Translations under genes and position numbers: made by a program
Assembly (NCBI GenBank): GCA_963666055.2
Contig: CAXWPH010000002.1
Coordinates: forward strand, 64,001-128,000
Direction: 5' to 3'
DNA from: Acidobacteriota bacterium
GTDB taxonomy: Bacteria > Acidobacteriota > UBA890 > WLXD01
Length of the DNA: 64,000 bases
The notes under the pieces: model-generated
What the model saw: the letters and a program-made list of their open reading frames with translations, nothing else
What the model was told of the DNA's origin: nothing
Database searches by the model: none
In this document: piece after piece, positions 21,445-30,995 of the stretch
Layout: every line of letters starts with the position of its first letter
How positions within the stretch are numbered: the stretch's first letter is position 1

Positions 21445-24176
21445 CGCTTCAACTCCTCCTGTGGGCTCGGGTCGCCGTCGTGCCGTGGCCGGGGCGCATT
21501 GGCCGGTCGCCCGTCCCCCTCCTCGTCGTCACTCGTGACCATCTGGCGCTCCAACAGCATCTCCTTTTCCTCGGCTAGCGCAGCGCGCATTTCCATGTCG
21601 TGCCGACGATCGAAGTACACTTGGCCGTCGACGATCGTCCGCTCTACGACCGCATAGTTGCTGAGCGGGTCGTTGCTGTAGATCACCAGGTCGGCGTCCT
21701 TGCCGACCTCGATCGAGCCGACGCGGTCATCGATGCCGAGCTGGATCGCCGGGTTGAGGGTCACCAGCCGTATGGCCTCGTCGCGGGTGTTGCCACCCCA
21801 TTTGATCGTCTTGGCGGCCTCCAGATTGAGATGCCGCATCTCCTCACCGGAGTCGGAGTTGATCGACACCACCACGCCGCGATCGGTCATCAGCGCGGCG
21901 TTGTGCGGAATCGCCTCGTAGGCCTCGACCTTGTAGCCCCACCAATCGGAGAATGTCGAGGCGCCGGCGCCGTGCTCGGCAATCTCGTCGGCCACCCGGT
22001 AGCCTTCCAGCACGTGCTGCAGGGTGGCGATGCGGAAGCCGAAATCCTCGGCGGTTCGTAGCAGCTGCAGGATCTCGTCGGCCCGGTACGAGTGGGCGTG
22101 TACCAGGCGCGTGCCCTCGAGGATCTCCACCAGCGGCTCCAGCTTGAGGTCACGGCGAGGCGGAATGATGCCCTCGTCGCCGGCGGCGAGCGCCTGTTCG
22201 TAGCGGCGCCCTTCGGCCTGGTATGCCTGAGCGTCGAGAAACGCCTGGCGGATGACATCCTGCACGCCCATGCGCGAATTGGGGTAGCGGTCCGGATCAC
22301 GGTCACGCTTGGTGTTCTCACCCAGCGCGAACTTGATGCCCTGCGGCGCGCCCTCGAACATCAACCCCTGCGCGTTGGCGCCCCAGCGCAGCTTCACCAC
22401 GGCGTTTTGGCCGCCGATCGGGTTGGCTGAGCCGTGCAGGATGTTGGCGGAGGTGACCCCGCCCGCCAGGGCCCGATAGATCGACACCTGGTCGGGGTTG
22501 AGCACGTCGCGGATGCCGACCATTGCCGAGACCGAGACGCTACCTTCGTTGATCGATTCGGCAGCGATGTGCGAGTGGGCGTCGACGATGCCGGGAATTA
22601 CCCACTTGCCGGTAGCGTCGATCACCTGGGCGCCGGCCGGCGCGTCGACGTTGGTGCCGATCGATGCGATGCGTCCATCGCGGATGAGCAGCGAAGCGTT
22701 CTCGAGGGTGCCGGCTGCGCTTACCGTCATTATGGTGGCGTTGCGCACCACAGTAACGGCGTGCTCGCTCACCGGGCCCCGGTCGCGCACCATCGGTACG
22801 GGTTCGTACGTCTCGACGTCGGCGTCATTCTCTCCGTCATCGCCGACCGAGTCGTCAACCGGGGCGCTGTCGAAGCGCTGACCATCGACGATGACCGTGC
22901 GGATGCGCGTGCCGGCGTCGAACAGATCGCCGTCGGCGAGCGCGATGTTGGCGATCTTGCCGACCTCGATGCTCCCCAGTCGGTCGTCGACGCCGAAGAT
23001 CTCGGCTGCGCCCAGGGTCAGGGCTCGTAGGGCAGCGGCTTCGGGCAGCCCGGCGCGTACCGCCAACCGAGCGTTGTCGAGCAACTCGTCCGGATCGCTC
23101 ATGTCCCCGGAGTAGAACGCGAAGCGCACTCCGGCGGCGTGAAGCGCCGCTGGCGCGGTCGGGGCGCGGTCACGATAGCGCAATACCTGAAGTGATTCCT
23201 CGGCGTTGGGATCGCCGTCGGGGTCACGCTCAGGCCAATCGAGGTTGATCAGCACCGCTACGTCGGCTGCCGCCAGCGTCTCTGTCACGGCCCAGGCCTG
23301 GCGGCCTCCGTAGAGGATCGGTCGCACGCCGACGGTGCGCGCGATGCGCAGTGCGCGCTCGATCTCGCGCGCCCAATCGGCAGGTAGCAGCACGGGCCAG
23401 TCATCACGCACCGCGGCTCGCAAGGGCTCCAGCGTACGGTCGTACTCGGGCCGCTCGGTGCCAACGGGCGAGGATTCGTAGATCGACCAGGCCTGCTCGT
23501 AGTGTTGGGCGTCGAGCAACAGCTGCTTCACGTAGGCGATGATGCCCATGATCGAGCCCGGGTAACCCTCGAATGCGCGACCTTTGTTGAAGCTCACCGG
23601 TAGCGCCACCGGCGTGGCCACGACCATGTCGTTGGGGCGTTCTCCGCTGAGGTCGATGATCGAGGCCTGCCCAGGGAACAGGCCACGCTCCGGTGCCGAC
23701 ACGACGGTGGTGAAGCCGGCAGCGCGCCACGCGGCGATCCGCGTGTCCTCGGTGTCCAGGTGATCCGCCGCACTGATCCAGGTGAACGTGGCAGGGCGGT
23801 CCTCCGGACCCCGGGCGTAGTCGTCGTTCGCGTCTTCCGCTCCGCCGCCGCTGCGGCTGTTGTCCGCCCGATCGCGCAGCTCCGCAGGCAGCCCGACGGT
23901 GGATAGCGCGTCGATGAGGCCGGGGTAGGCGGTCAAGCCCGAGCCGTCGATGCTCCAGGCACCCGCCGGTGCGGTGACTTCGGCGCCGACCGCGGCGATC
24001 AAGCCGTTCCGAACGACGATGGTGCCGCGGTCGACCACCGAGCCATCGCCCACCACGATGCGCACGTCCTTGATCGCGAAGTGGGGCGGCGGCGCTTGGG
24101 CGACTGCGCTGTGGGCGAGAGCGACAAAGCCGATGGTGAGGGTCACCGCCAGGCGCCGGGTGGGCCTGTTGAGCAT
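21441..24176 (-). CDS. Two-domain amidohydrolase family protein
   Basis: N-domain PGLIDALST lacks HxH; C-domain has PGIVDAHSH, KFALGEN and HSYRADE. Confidence 0.88.
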   Translation of the reverse strand: MLNRPTRRLAVTLTIGFVALAHSAVAQAPPPHFAIKDVRIVVGDGSVVDRGTIVVRNGLIAAVGAEVTAPAGAWSIDGSGLTAYPGLIDALSTVGLPAELRDRADNSRSGGGAEDANDDYARGPEDRPATFTWISAADHLDTEDTRIAAWRAAGFTTVVSAPERGLFPGQASIIDLSGERPNDMVVATPVALPVSFNKGRAFEGYPGSIMGIIAYVKQLLLDAQHYEQAWSIYESSPVGTERPEYDRTLEPLRAAVRDDWPVLLPADWAREIERALRIARTVGVRPILYGGRQAWAVTETLAAADVAVLINLDWPERDPDGDPNAEESLQVLRYRDRAPTAPAALHAAGVRFAFYSGDMSDPDELLDNARLAVRAGLPEAAALRALTLGAAEIFGVDDRLGSIEVGKIANIALADGDLFDAGTRIRTVIVDGQRFDSAPVDDSVGDDGENDADVETYEPVPMVRDRGPVSEHAVTVVRNATIMTVSAAGTLENASLLIRDGRIASIGTNVDAPAGAQVIDATGKWVIPGIVDAHSHIAAESINEGSVSVSAMVGIRDVLNPDQVSIYRALAGGVTSANILHGSANPIGGQNAVVKLRWGANAQGLMFEGAPQGIKFALGENTKRDRDPDRYPNSRMGVQDVIRQAFLDAQAYQAEGRRYEQALAAGDEGIIPPRRDLKLEPLVEILEGTRLVHAHSYRADEILQLLRTAEDFGFRIATLQHVLEGYRVADEIAEHGAGASTFSDWWGYKVEAYEAIPHNAALMTDRGVVVSINSDSGEEMRHLNLEAAKTIKWGGNTRDEAIRLVTLNPAIQLGIDDRVGSIEVGKDADLVIYSNDPLSNYAVVERTIVDGQVYFDRRHDMEMRAALAEEKEMLLERQMVTSDDEEGDGRPANAPRPRHDGDPSPQEELKR

Positions 24177-24370
24177 GGAGGAGCTCCTGCGAGATGGGGG
24201 TCAGGAAAGGGCCCATAGACTATGTTGCAGGCCAACGGCGATCCACGGAGTACCGTGCCAGGTGTGCAAGTTCCTCGCCGTTGCGCGTCTCAGGCTCGAA
24301 GGCACGTCAAGGCGCCGCGGCGGCGGGACAGTGCGACACTAGGGGCCGTTGATCAACCAGCGAGGACACC

Positions 24371-25600
24371 GTGAAAACTTCCGAGGAACACCCGAACCGA
24401 ACCCGTAGGCATTGCGTCGCCGCCATCGGACTGATCCTTACCGTCGCCACAGCGGTCCCCGGTGTTGCCCAGGAGCGCGCCGCGACGAGCCTCACCATCT
24501 ACTCGCAGGGCCTGGCGCTGGTACGCGCCGAGCTCGACCGGCCGCTACCCGCCGGCACCCACGCCGTTCGCATCGACGGTCTGCCGACCAGCGTCGAGCA
24601 GGCCAGCCTCATCGTGCTCAACCCCGGTGCCGTCTTGCAGGGTGTGCGCGGGTACCGAACGTACGAGGGTGGCAGCGCCGTGGGCGCTTCGTTGGTAGTC
24701 GACATCGAGCTGTCGGAGCCGGTCCAGACGCTGCGCATCGCGTACCTGGCCCGGGGTATCGACTGGTCGGCTTCCTACACCATGCAGGTGGCTCCTGACC
24801 AGCGCTCGGCTCGCATTGATGGGTACGCCAGCATCAGCAACGGCTCGGGGGCCCGCTTTACCGACGCCGAGGTTCAGCTGTTGGCTGGCGACGTCAACGT
24901 CGCTTCGCCGCGGCGCCAGGCCTTTCGGGCAATGGAGGCCGTTGCCGTGGCGGCGGTTTCGGCCGCGCCGGAAGTGCAGGAGGAGGCGTTCGCCGGGTAC
25001 CACGTCTATACGGTCTCCGAGCCGCTGATGATCGAACCAGGGGAGTCGCGTCGCATCCGCCTGATGGGCGGCGATGCCATCGCGGTGGTGAAGGAGTACG
25101 TGTTGACCGGGGGCGTCAGCCCGCGCCAGCGACAGCCAGAACCGCAGCCAGTCGCTGTGGGTGTTCGCTACCGTGTCGGCAGGACGATCGAGACCGAGTT
25201 CGGTGTCGTCCCGCTGCCGGCCGGGACGGTGCGCATCTACAGCCCCGATCCCGGCGGCCGGCTGCAGTTGCTCGGTGTGTCCCGGATCGGCAATACCCCG
25301 GCCGGCCAAGAGCTCCTGCTGTCGGTGGGGCGCGCCTTCGACGTTACCGCGGTGCGATCGCAGACCGGATTCCGCCGCGTCGCCAACAACGAGCGCGAGT
25401 CCGACTGGAGCCTGAAGCTGAGCAACGTCTCCGCCCAGGAGGTCACCGTACAGGTCATCGAGCGCATCGTTGGTGACTGGCGAATTCTCAGCTCCAGCCA
25501 TGAACCGCAGATCATCTCGGCGGCGGCGGTCCGCTTCGACGTGACTGTGCCGGCCGGCGGGGAGGCGGAGCTGCTGTACAGCGTGTCCGTCCGCAGCTAG
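24371..25600 (+). CDS. DUF4139-like exported protein
   Basis: LTIYSQGLALVR, YLARGIDWSASY, LLAGDV, PLPAGTVRIY and GRAFDV motifs. Confidence 0.8.
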   Translation: MKTSEEHPNRTRRHCVAAIGLILTVATAVPGVAQERAATSLTIYSQGLALVRAELDRPLPAGTHAVRIDGLPTSVEQASLIVLNPGAVLQGVRGYRTYEGGSAVGASLVVDIELSEPVQTLRIAYLARGIDWSASYTMQVAPDQRSARIDGYASISNGSGARFTDAEVQLLAGDVNVASPRRQAFRAMEAVAVAAVSAAPEVQEEAFAGYHVYTVSEPLMIEPGESRRIRLMGGDAIAVVKEYVLTGGVSPRQRQPEPQPVAVGVRYRVGRTIETEFGVVPLPAGTVRIYSPDPGGRLQLLGVSRIGNTPAGQELLLSVGRAFDVTAVRSQTGFRRVANNERESDWSLKLSNVSAQEVTVQVIERIVGDWRILSSSHEPQIISAAAVRFDVTVPAGGEAELLYSVSVRS

Positions 25601-25628
25601 CCGGTGTGATCACCGGTGCGACGCCGGG

Positions 25629-25662
25629 CCAGGCCCGCCACACTTTCACCGCGGTCTGCCAG
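25629..25662 (-). repeat. 34-nt dispersed repeat, family B, copy 1
   Basis: CCAGGCCCGCCACACTTTCACCGCGGTCTGCCAG; 4 mismatches to the three-copy consensus CCAGGCCCACCACACTTTCACCACGGCCTGCTAG. Confidence 0.75.
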
Positions 25663-25779
25663 GACGACCCTCGCTTGACAGCAGGCGCCGGCACACGAGA
25701 ATGATCGGGCGACGGCTCCCCCACTCCACTGCGGATCGTTGCCCGCCGTCTTGTACGCCCGCCTAAGCAGGGAGGTCCC

Positions 25780-27429
25780 GTGGATCCTGCATCCCGCTAT
25801 CGTCTAAAGCGCATCCTGGTCATGTTGTTGTTGGTCGCCTGCGCCCCTGCTCTCACCGGCGCGACCGCAGTAGCGCAGCGTCCGTCGGCCGAGGCGCTGA
25901 AGGAGCAGGTGCGCGAGATCGTCGGCTCTATGAAGAAGCAGTCGCAGGTCATTGTCGACTCGATCTTCTCGTTCGCCGAGCTCGGGTTTCAGGAACACGA
26001 GACGGTCAAGTTGGTCACCGGCCTGCTGCGCGACGAGGGCTTCGACATAGAAACAGGCTGTGCCGGTATGCCGACTTGCTACGTCGCCAGCTGGGGACAT
26101 GGCAAACCGGTGATCGGCCTCATGGGCGACATCGACGGGTTACCGGAGACTTCGCAGAAACCCGGTGTTGCGTACCATGACCCGCTGATCGAAGGCGGCC
26201 CCGGCCACGGCGAGGGACACAACAGCGCGGCTGCAGTGGACGTGGTGGCGGCGGTGGCCATCAAGCGGGTCATGGAGGCGCACGGCCTCGAGGGCACCAT
26301 CAAGGTGATTCCCGGGGTGGCCGAGGAGCTGGTGGCGTCGCGTACCTACATGGTGAACGACGGGCTGTTCGAGGGGATGGACGTGATGATCTCCCCACAT
26401 ATCGGCAGCACGCTCGCTGTCGGATACGGTGCCTGGGGCTCCGGCATGGTGTCGACGCAGTTCACCTTCCATGGCACCTCGGCGCACGGTGCCGGCTCTC
26501 CTTGGGCTGGGCGCAGCGCGCTCGACGCCGTCGAGCTGATGAATGTCGGCTGGAACTTCCGCCGCGAGCACCTGCGACTGCACCAGCGATCACACTACAT
26601 AATCCCGCATGGCGGCAACCAGCCGAACGTCGTGCCGTCAGAAGCGAGCGTTTGGTACTACTTCCGCGAGCTGGACTACGACCGCATCAAGGAGCTCCAC
26701 GAGCTCGGCAAGACCATGGCGGAAGCGGCGGCGATGATGATGACCGGCACCACGGTTACGGAGCGTGTGCTGGGCGTCGCGTGGCCACCCAACGACAGCA
26801 AGCCGCTGGCCGAGCTGATGCACGACAACATCCTGGAGGTCGGTCTGCCGAAGTGGTCAGAGGCCGACCAGAACCTGGCCCGAGCCGTGCAGCGAGAGCT
26901 GGGGGTACTCGGCGAGCGTGACTTCTTCGGCCAGCTCGCCGACGGATTGCCGACGGAGATCACAAGCGAAGAGGCGATTGCCTTCGAACAGGGAATGGGC
27001 GGCGGATCGGACGACATCGCCGAGGTGTCGTGGAACGTCCCGACCGTACGCCTGTGGTACCCGGGCAACATCCCCGGGGCCATTGCGCACCACTGGTCAT
27101 CCTCCATCTCCATGGCGACACCAATCGCCCACGAGGGCGCCAATTACGCGGCGCGGGTCATCGCCATGACGGTGATCGACTTGCTCACCGATCCCGCCAG
27201 GGTGGAAGAAGCTTGGGCCTATTTCCGCGAGGTCACCACCAAGGACTATCAGTGGAGGTCGCTCATTCCCGAGGGCACGCCGCCGCCTGTTCACATGAAC
27301 GCCGACAAGATGGCCCGGTATCGTCCGCAGCTTGAGGCGCTGCGCTACGACCCGACCCGGTTCGAAACCTACCTCGAACAGCTGGGAATCGAGTACCCCA
27401 CGGTCCGAGACCCCCAGCAAGAAGACTAG
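25780..27429 (+). CDS. M20 amidohydrolase (AbgB-like), paralog 1
   Basis: [33 protein letters not shown] and GGSDD motifs. Its stop TAG is the CTAG of the MITE. Confidence 0.9.
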   Translation: MDPASRYRLKRILVMLLLVACAPALTGATAVAQRPSAEALKEQVREIVGSMKKQSQVIVDSIFSFAELGFQEHETVKLVTGLLRDEGFDIETGCAGMPTCYVASWGHGKPVIGLMGDIDGLPETSQKPGVAYHDPLIEGGPGHGEGHNSAAAVDVVAAVAIKRVMEAHGLEGTIKVIPGVAEELVASRTYMVNDGLFEGMDVMISPHIGSTLAVGYGAWGSGMVSTQFTFHGTSAHGAGSPWAGRSALDAVELMNVGWNFRREHLRLHQRSHYIIPHGGNQPNVVPSEASVWYYFRELDYDRIKELHELGKTMAEAAAMMMTGTTVTERVLGVAWPPNDSKPLAELMHDNILEVGLPKWSEADQNLARAVQRELGVLGERDFFGQLADGLPTEITSEEAIAFEQGMGGGSDDIAEVSWNVPTVRLWYPGNIPGAIAHHWSSSISMATPIAHEGANYAARVIAMTVIDLLTDPARVEEAWAYFREVTTKDYQWRSLIPEGTPPPVHMNADKMARYRPQLEALRYDPTRFETYLEQLGIEYPTVRDPQQED

Positions 27430-27613
27430 TGGCCTGTAACAGATGATCGTTGCATATCGTGGTCGCCATCCTGCGGACAGATGGGCAGTTGCGGGCGATC
27501 TCGGCGTTGCGCCTCCTCGACGATGCCCATTGCATCGCCTTCCTCGCCGCGCCTTGATCTCACCCGCAAATCCCATCTGCGATGTGCAACGATCATCTGT
27601 TACAGGCCACTCG
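27426..27613 (-). mobile_element. MITE-like element, family A, short form (one internal module)
   Basis: 32-bp TIRs at 27428-27459 and 27580-27611 with 1 mismatch; CTAG on the left, CTCG on the right. Reverse complement matches 38509-38786 with 8 substitutions plus a 90-nt indel. Confidence 0.88.
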
Positions 27614-27636
27614 ACATACTGATTCGGAGGAAACCC

Positions 27637-29262
27637 ATGCCGCGTAACCACTCTCCTCGTTCACCTCGGTGCCTTGCTGCCGCCGTCGGCGCGCTGTCGA
27701 TCGGCTTCTTGGGCGTTGGTGGCTTGTCGGCGCAGCAGCGGCCTTCCGCCGAAGCGCTGAAGGAAGAGGCGCGCGAGATCGTCGGCTCCATGCGCAAGCA
27801 ATCGCAGGTCATGGTCGACTCGATCTTCTCGTTCGGCGAGCTCGGCTTCCAGGAGTACCAGACCGCCGCGTACATCACCGGGATGCTGCGCGACGAGGGG
27901 TTCGACATCCAGATGGGATGCGCCGGGATGCCCACCTGCTACGTCGCCAGCTGGGGCGTGGGCAAGCCGGTGATCGGAATCATGGGTGATATCGACGGGC
28001 TACCGGAGACCTCACAGAAGCCCGGTGTCGCGTACCACGATCCGCTGATCGAAGGCGGGCCGGGACACGGGGAAGGCCACAACAGCGCCGGTGCGGTCGA
28101 CACGATCGCCGCCATCGCCATCAAACGGGTGATGGAGGTTCACGGCCTTCGAGGCACGATCAAGGTGATTCCCGGGGTTGCCGAGGAGCTGGTGTCGTCG
28201 CGCACCTATATGGTCAACGACGGGCTCTTCGCCGATATGGACGTCATGCTGTCGACCCACATCAGCGACAACATGAGCGCCCGCTGGGGGATTTCCGGCT
28301 CCGGGTTGGTATCGACGCAGTTCACCTTCCACGGCACCTCGGCGCACGGCGCGGGCTCTCCCTGGGCCGGACGCAGCGCGCTCGACGCGGTGGAGCTGAT
28401 GAACGTCGGCTGGAACTTTCGCCGCGAACATCTGCGTCTGCACCAACGGTCGCACTACATAATTCCGCATGGTGGCAATCAGCCAAACGTCGTGCCGTCG
28501 GAGGCCAGCGTCTGGTACTACTTCCGCGAGCTCGACTACGACCGCATCAAAGAGCTGCACGAGCTTGGCCGCACCATGGCCGAGGCCGCCAGCATGATGA
28601 CCGGTACCGAGGTTACCGAGCGTGTCTTCGGAGCGGCCTGGCCCTCCAGCATGAGCAAGCCGCTCGCCGAGCTCATGCACGCCAACATCCTGGAGGTGGG
28701 GCTGCCCGAGTGGAGCGAGGCAGACCAGCAGCTCGCCCGCGCGTTGCAGCGTGAGCTCGGAAGCGACGAGATCGAGGGCCTGCCCACCGAGCTGAGCGAC
28801 GAGGAGCTACAGGAATCGGATCAGGGGATGGGGGGTGGCTCGGATGACATCGCCGAGGTTTCGTGGAACCTACCCACGATTCGATTGCGCTATCCCGGCA
28901 ACATTCCCGGGCGCACCGGGCACCACTGGTCGTCGGGCATCGCCATGGCGACACCGATCGCCCACAAGGGCGCCAACTACGCTTCTCGCGTGATCGCCAT
29001 GACGGCGATCGACCTATTCGCCAACCCTGAGAAGGTCGAGGAAGCGTGGAAGTACCACCGCGAGGTGACTACCAAGGATCGTCAGTGGGAGTCGCTCGTC
29101 CCCGAGGGGACCGAGCCGCCGATCTTTCTCAACGCCGAGAAGATGGAACGCTACCGTGCGCGGCTCGACGAGCTGCGCTACGACCCGGCACGTTTCGACA
29201 CCTATCTCGAACAGCTCGGCATTGACTATCCGACGGTGCGTGAAGCCGAAGATCGCGAATGA
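27637..29262 (+). CDS. M20 amidohydrolase (AbgB-like), paralog 2
   Basis: Close tandem paralog of 25780..27429; ATG 27637 follows GGAGG. Confidence 0.9.
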   Translation: MPRNHSPRSPRCLAAAVGALSIGFLGVGGLSAQQRPSAEALKEEAREIVGSMRKQSQVMVDSIFSFGELGFQEYQTAAYITGMLRDEGFDIQMGCAGMPTCYVASWGVGKPVIGIMGDIDGLPETSQKPGVAYHDPLIEGGPGHGEGHNSAGAVDTIAAIAIKRVMEVHGLRGTIKVIPGVAEELVSSRTYMVNDGLFADMDVMLSTHISDNMSARWGISGSGLVSTQFTFHGTSAHGAGSPWAGRSALDAVELMNVGWNFRREHLRLHQRSHYIIPHGGNQPNVVPSEASVWYYFRELDYDRIKELHELGRTMAEAASMMTGTEVTERVFGAAWPSSMSKPLAELMHANILEVGLPEWSEADQQLARALQRELGSDEIEGLPTELSDEELQESDQGMGGGSDDIAEVSWNLPTIRLRYPGNIPGRTGHHWSSGIAMATPIAHKGANYASRVIAMTAIDLFANPEKVEEAWKYHREVTTKDRQWESLVPEGTEPPIFLNAEKMERYRARLDELRYDPARFDTYLEQLGIDYPTVREAEDRE

Positions 29263-30260
29263 GCGTCGACCTGCGGAATCGCAGCTTCGTCAAGCTGCTC
29301 GACTTCAGCCCCGAGGAGATCGGCTATCTGCTCGATCTGTCGGCCGAGCTCAAGGCGGCGAAGCAGGCGCACACCGAGCGGCCTTCGCTGGTCGGCAAGA
29401 ACATCGCGCTGATCTTCGAGAAGGCCTCGACGCGCACCCGCTGTGCCTTCGAGGTGGCGGCGTACGATCAGGGAGCCCATACCACCTGCCTGGGGCCGAG
29501 CGGCTCGCAGATCGGTCACAAGGAGACGATGAAGGACACCGCCCGGGTGCTCGGTCGCATGTATGACGGCATTGAGTACCGCGGCTTCAAGCAGGCGACC
29601 TGCGAAGAGCTCGCCGAGCATGCCGGCGTGCCGGTGTGGAACGGGCTGACTGACGAGTTTCATCCCACCCAGATGTTGGGTGACGTGCTCACCATGAGCG
29701 AGAACTGCGACAAGCCTCGCCGCGAGATCGCCTACTGCTATCTGGGCGACGCACGCAACAACATGGGCAACTCGCTGCTCGTGGTCGGCGCCAAGCTGGG
29801 CATGGATGTGCGCATCGCCGCGCCAGAGAGCCTTTGGCCCGAGGAGGGGCTCCGGTCCACCTGCGAGGCCATCGCCTCAGAGACCGGCGCGCGGCTGACC
29901 TTCACCGAGAGTGTTGCCGACGGCGTGGCGGGGGTCGATTTCGTCCATACCGACGTCTGGGTGTCGATGGGCGAGCCGGACGAAGTTTGGCAGCAGCGCA
30001 TCGAGCTGCTGCGGCCCTACCAGGTGAACGGCGAGGCGATGCGGTTGACCGGCAACCCCGATGCCCGTTTCATGCATTGCCTGCCAGCGTTCCACAATCG
30101 TGACACGAAGGTAGGCGCGGAGGTTTTTCAGAAGTTCGGCCTCGACGGCGTCGAGGTTACCGACGAGGTGTTCGAATCACCGGCGGCGATCGTCTTCGAG
30201 CAGGCCGAGAATCGCATGCACACCATCAAGGCGGTAATGGTGGCGACCTTGACCGGATAG
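29259..30260 (+). CDS. argF: Ornithine carbamoyltransferase (resembles catabolic ArcB)
   Basis: STRTR, HPTQ, DVWVSMG and HCLP motifs; IEYRGFKQ segment. Confidence 0.95.
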   Translation: MSVDLRNRSFVKLLDFSPEEIGYLLDLSAELKAAKQAHTERPSLVGKNIALIFEKASTRTRCAFEVAAYDQGAHTTCLGPSGSQIGHKETMKDTARVLGRMYDGIEYRGFKQATCEELAEHAGVPVWNGLTDEFHPTQMLGDVLTMSENCDKPRREIAYCYLGDARNNMGNSLLVVGAKLGMDVRIAAPESLWPEEGLRSTCEAIASETGARLTFTESVADGVAGVDFVHTDVWVSMGEPDEVWQQRIELLRPYQVNGEAMRLTGNPDARFMHCLPAFHNRDTKVGAEVFQKFGLDGVEVTDEVFESPAAIVFEQAENRMHTIKAVMVATLTG

Positions 30261-30322
30261 TCTCGCTGGCCTGCCGCCGCTTCGACACCGACCGGTACCA
30301 CAGTCCAACAAGGAGAGCTGGA

Positions 30323-30625
30323 ATGGCTGCCTACATGATCGGCATTGGGCGTATCGATGACCCGGAGCGCTTCGGCAAGTACCTGGAGGCGGTCCCGGCA
30401 ACGGTGATGAGCTTCGGGGGGGAAGTGCTCGGAATCGAGGATCCGGCCGAAGTGCTCGAGGGCACCGCGCCGTACCCGCGGGTCGTCTTGTTGCGCTTCC
30501 CGTCGAAGGAAGACGCGCGGGCGTGGAAGAGCTCGCCGGAATACCAGGACATCGTCGAGCACCGGCTCGCTTCATCGGAACACGTACTGTCTCTGGTGGA
30601 CGAGTTTGTAATGCCGGCGGAATGA
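30323..30625 (+). CDS. DUF1330 family protein
   Basis: AYMI..., FGGEVL, EVLEG, VLLRFPS..DARAW..SPEYQ pattern. Confidence 0.85.
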   Translation: MAAYMIGIGRIDDPERFGKYLEAVPATVMSFGGEVLGIEDPAEVLEGTAPYPRVVLLRFPSKEDARAWKSSPEYQDIVEHRLASSEHVLSLVDEFVMPAE

Positions 30626-30654
30626 AGGCCTGCTGCGAGGCGGTCGAGCAACCG

Positions 30655-30906
30655 GTTGGTGGACACGGGCGGCGTACTGCGGAGTAAGTTCGACGCCTTC
30701 CAGCGGGGCTGACCCTGATCAAGATCTTCGACGCCGATACTGGGGCAGAGCAGGCTCGTTTCAAGCATCGCTTCGGTAGGAAGCGGGCAGTCACCGTCGC
30801 CGCGTGTGATCTCGATGCGGACGGGTTCGCGGAGGTGCTCGCCGCCGGCGGCGGGCGTGTACGGATCTGGGACGGTGAGACGCTCGAGTCGGAGACGACG
30901 TTCTGA
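30655..30906 (+). pseudogene. Remnant of an FG-GAP/VCBS-type repeat protein
   Basis: Frame 30712-30906 reads TLIKIFDADTGAEQARF...VTVAACDLDADGFAEVLAAGGGRVRIWDGETL. No convincing start; an in-frame TAA lies at 30685. Confidence 0.6.
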
Positions 30907-30995
30907 CCCGACCGCGACGGACCCGATGATCTCGCCATCTCCTGTGCTTCCCTTTGAACCGCGTCGTTGGCTAACGCCAAGAGCGGGGGCGGGTC

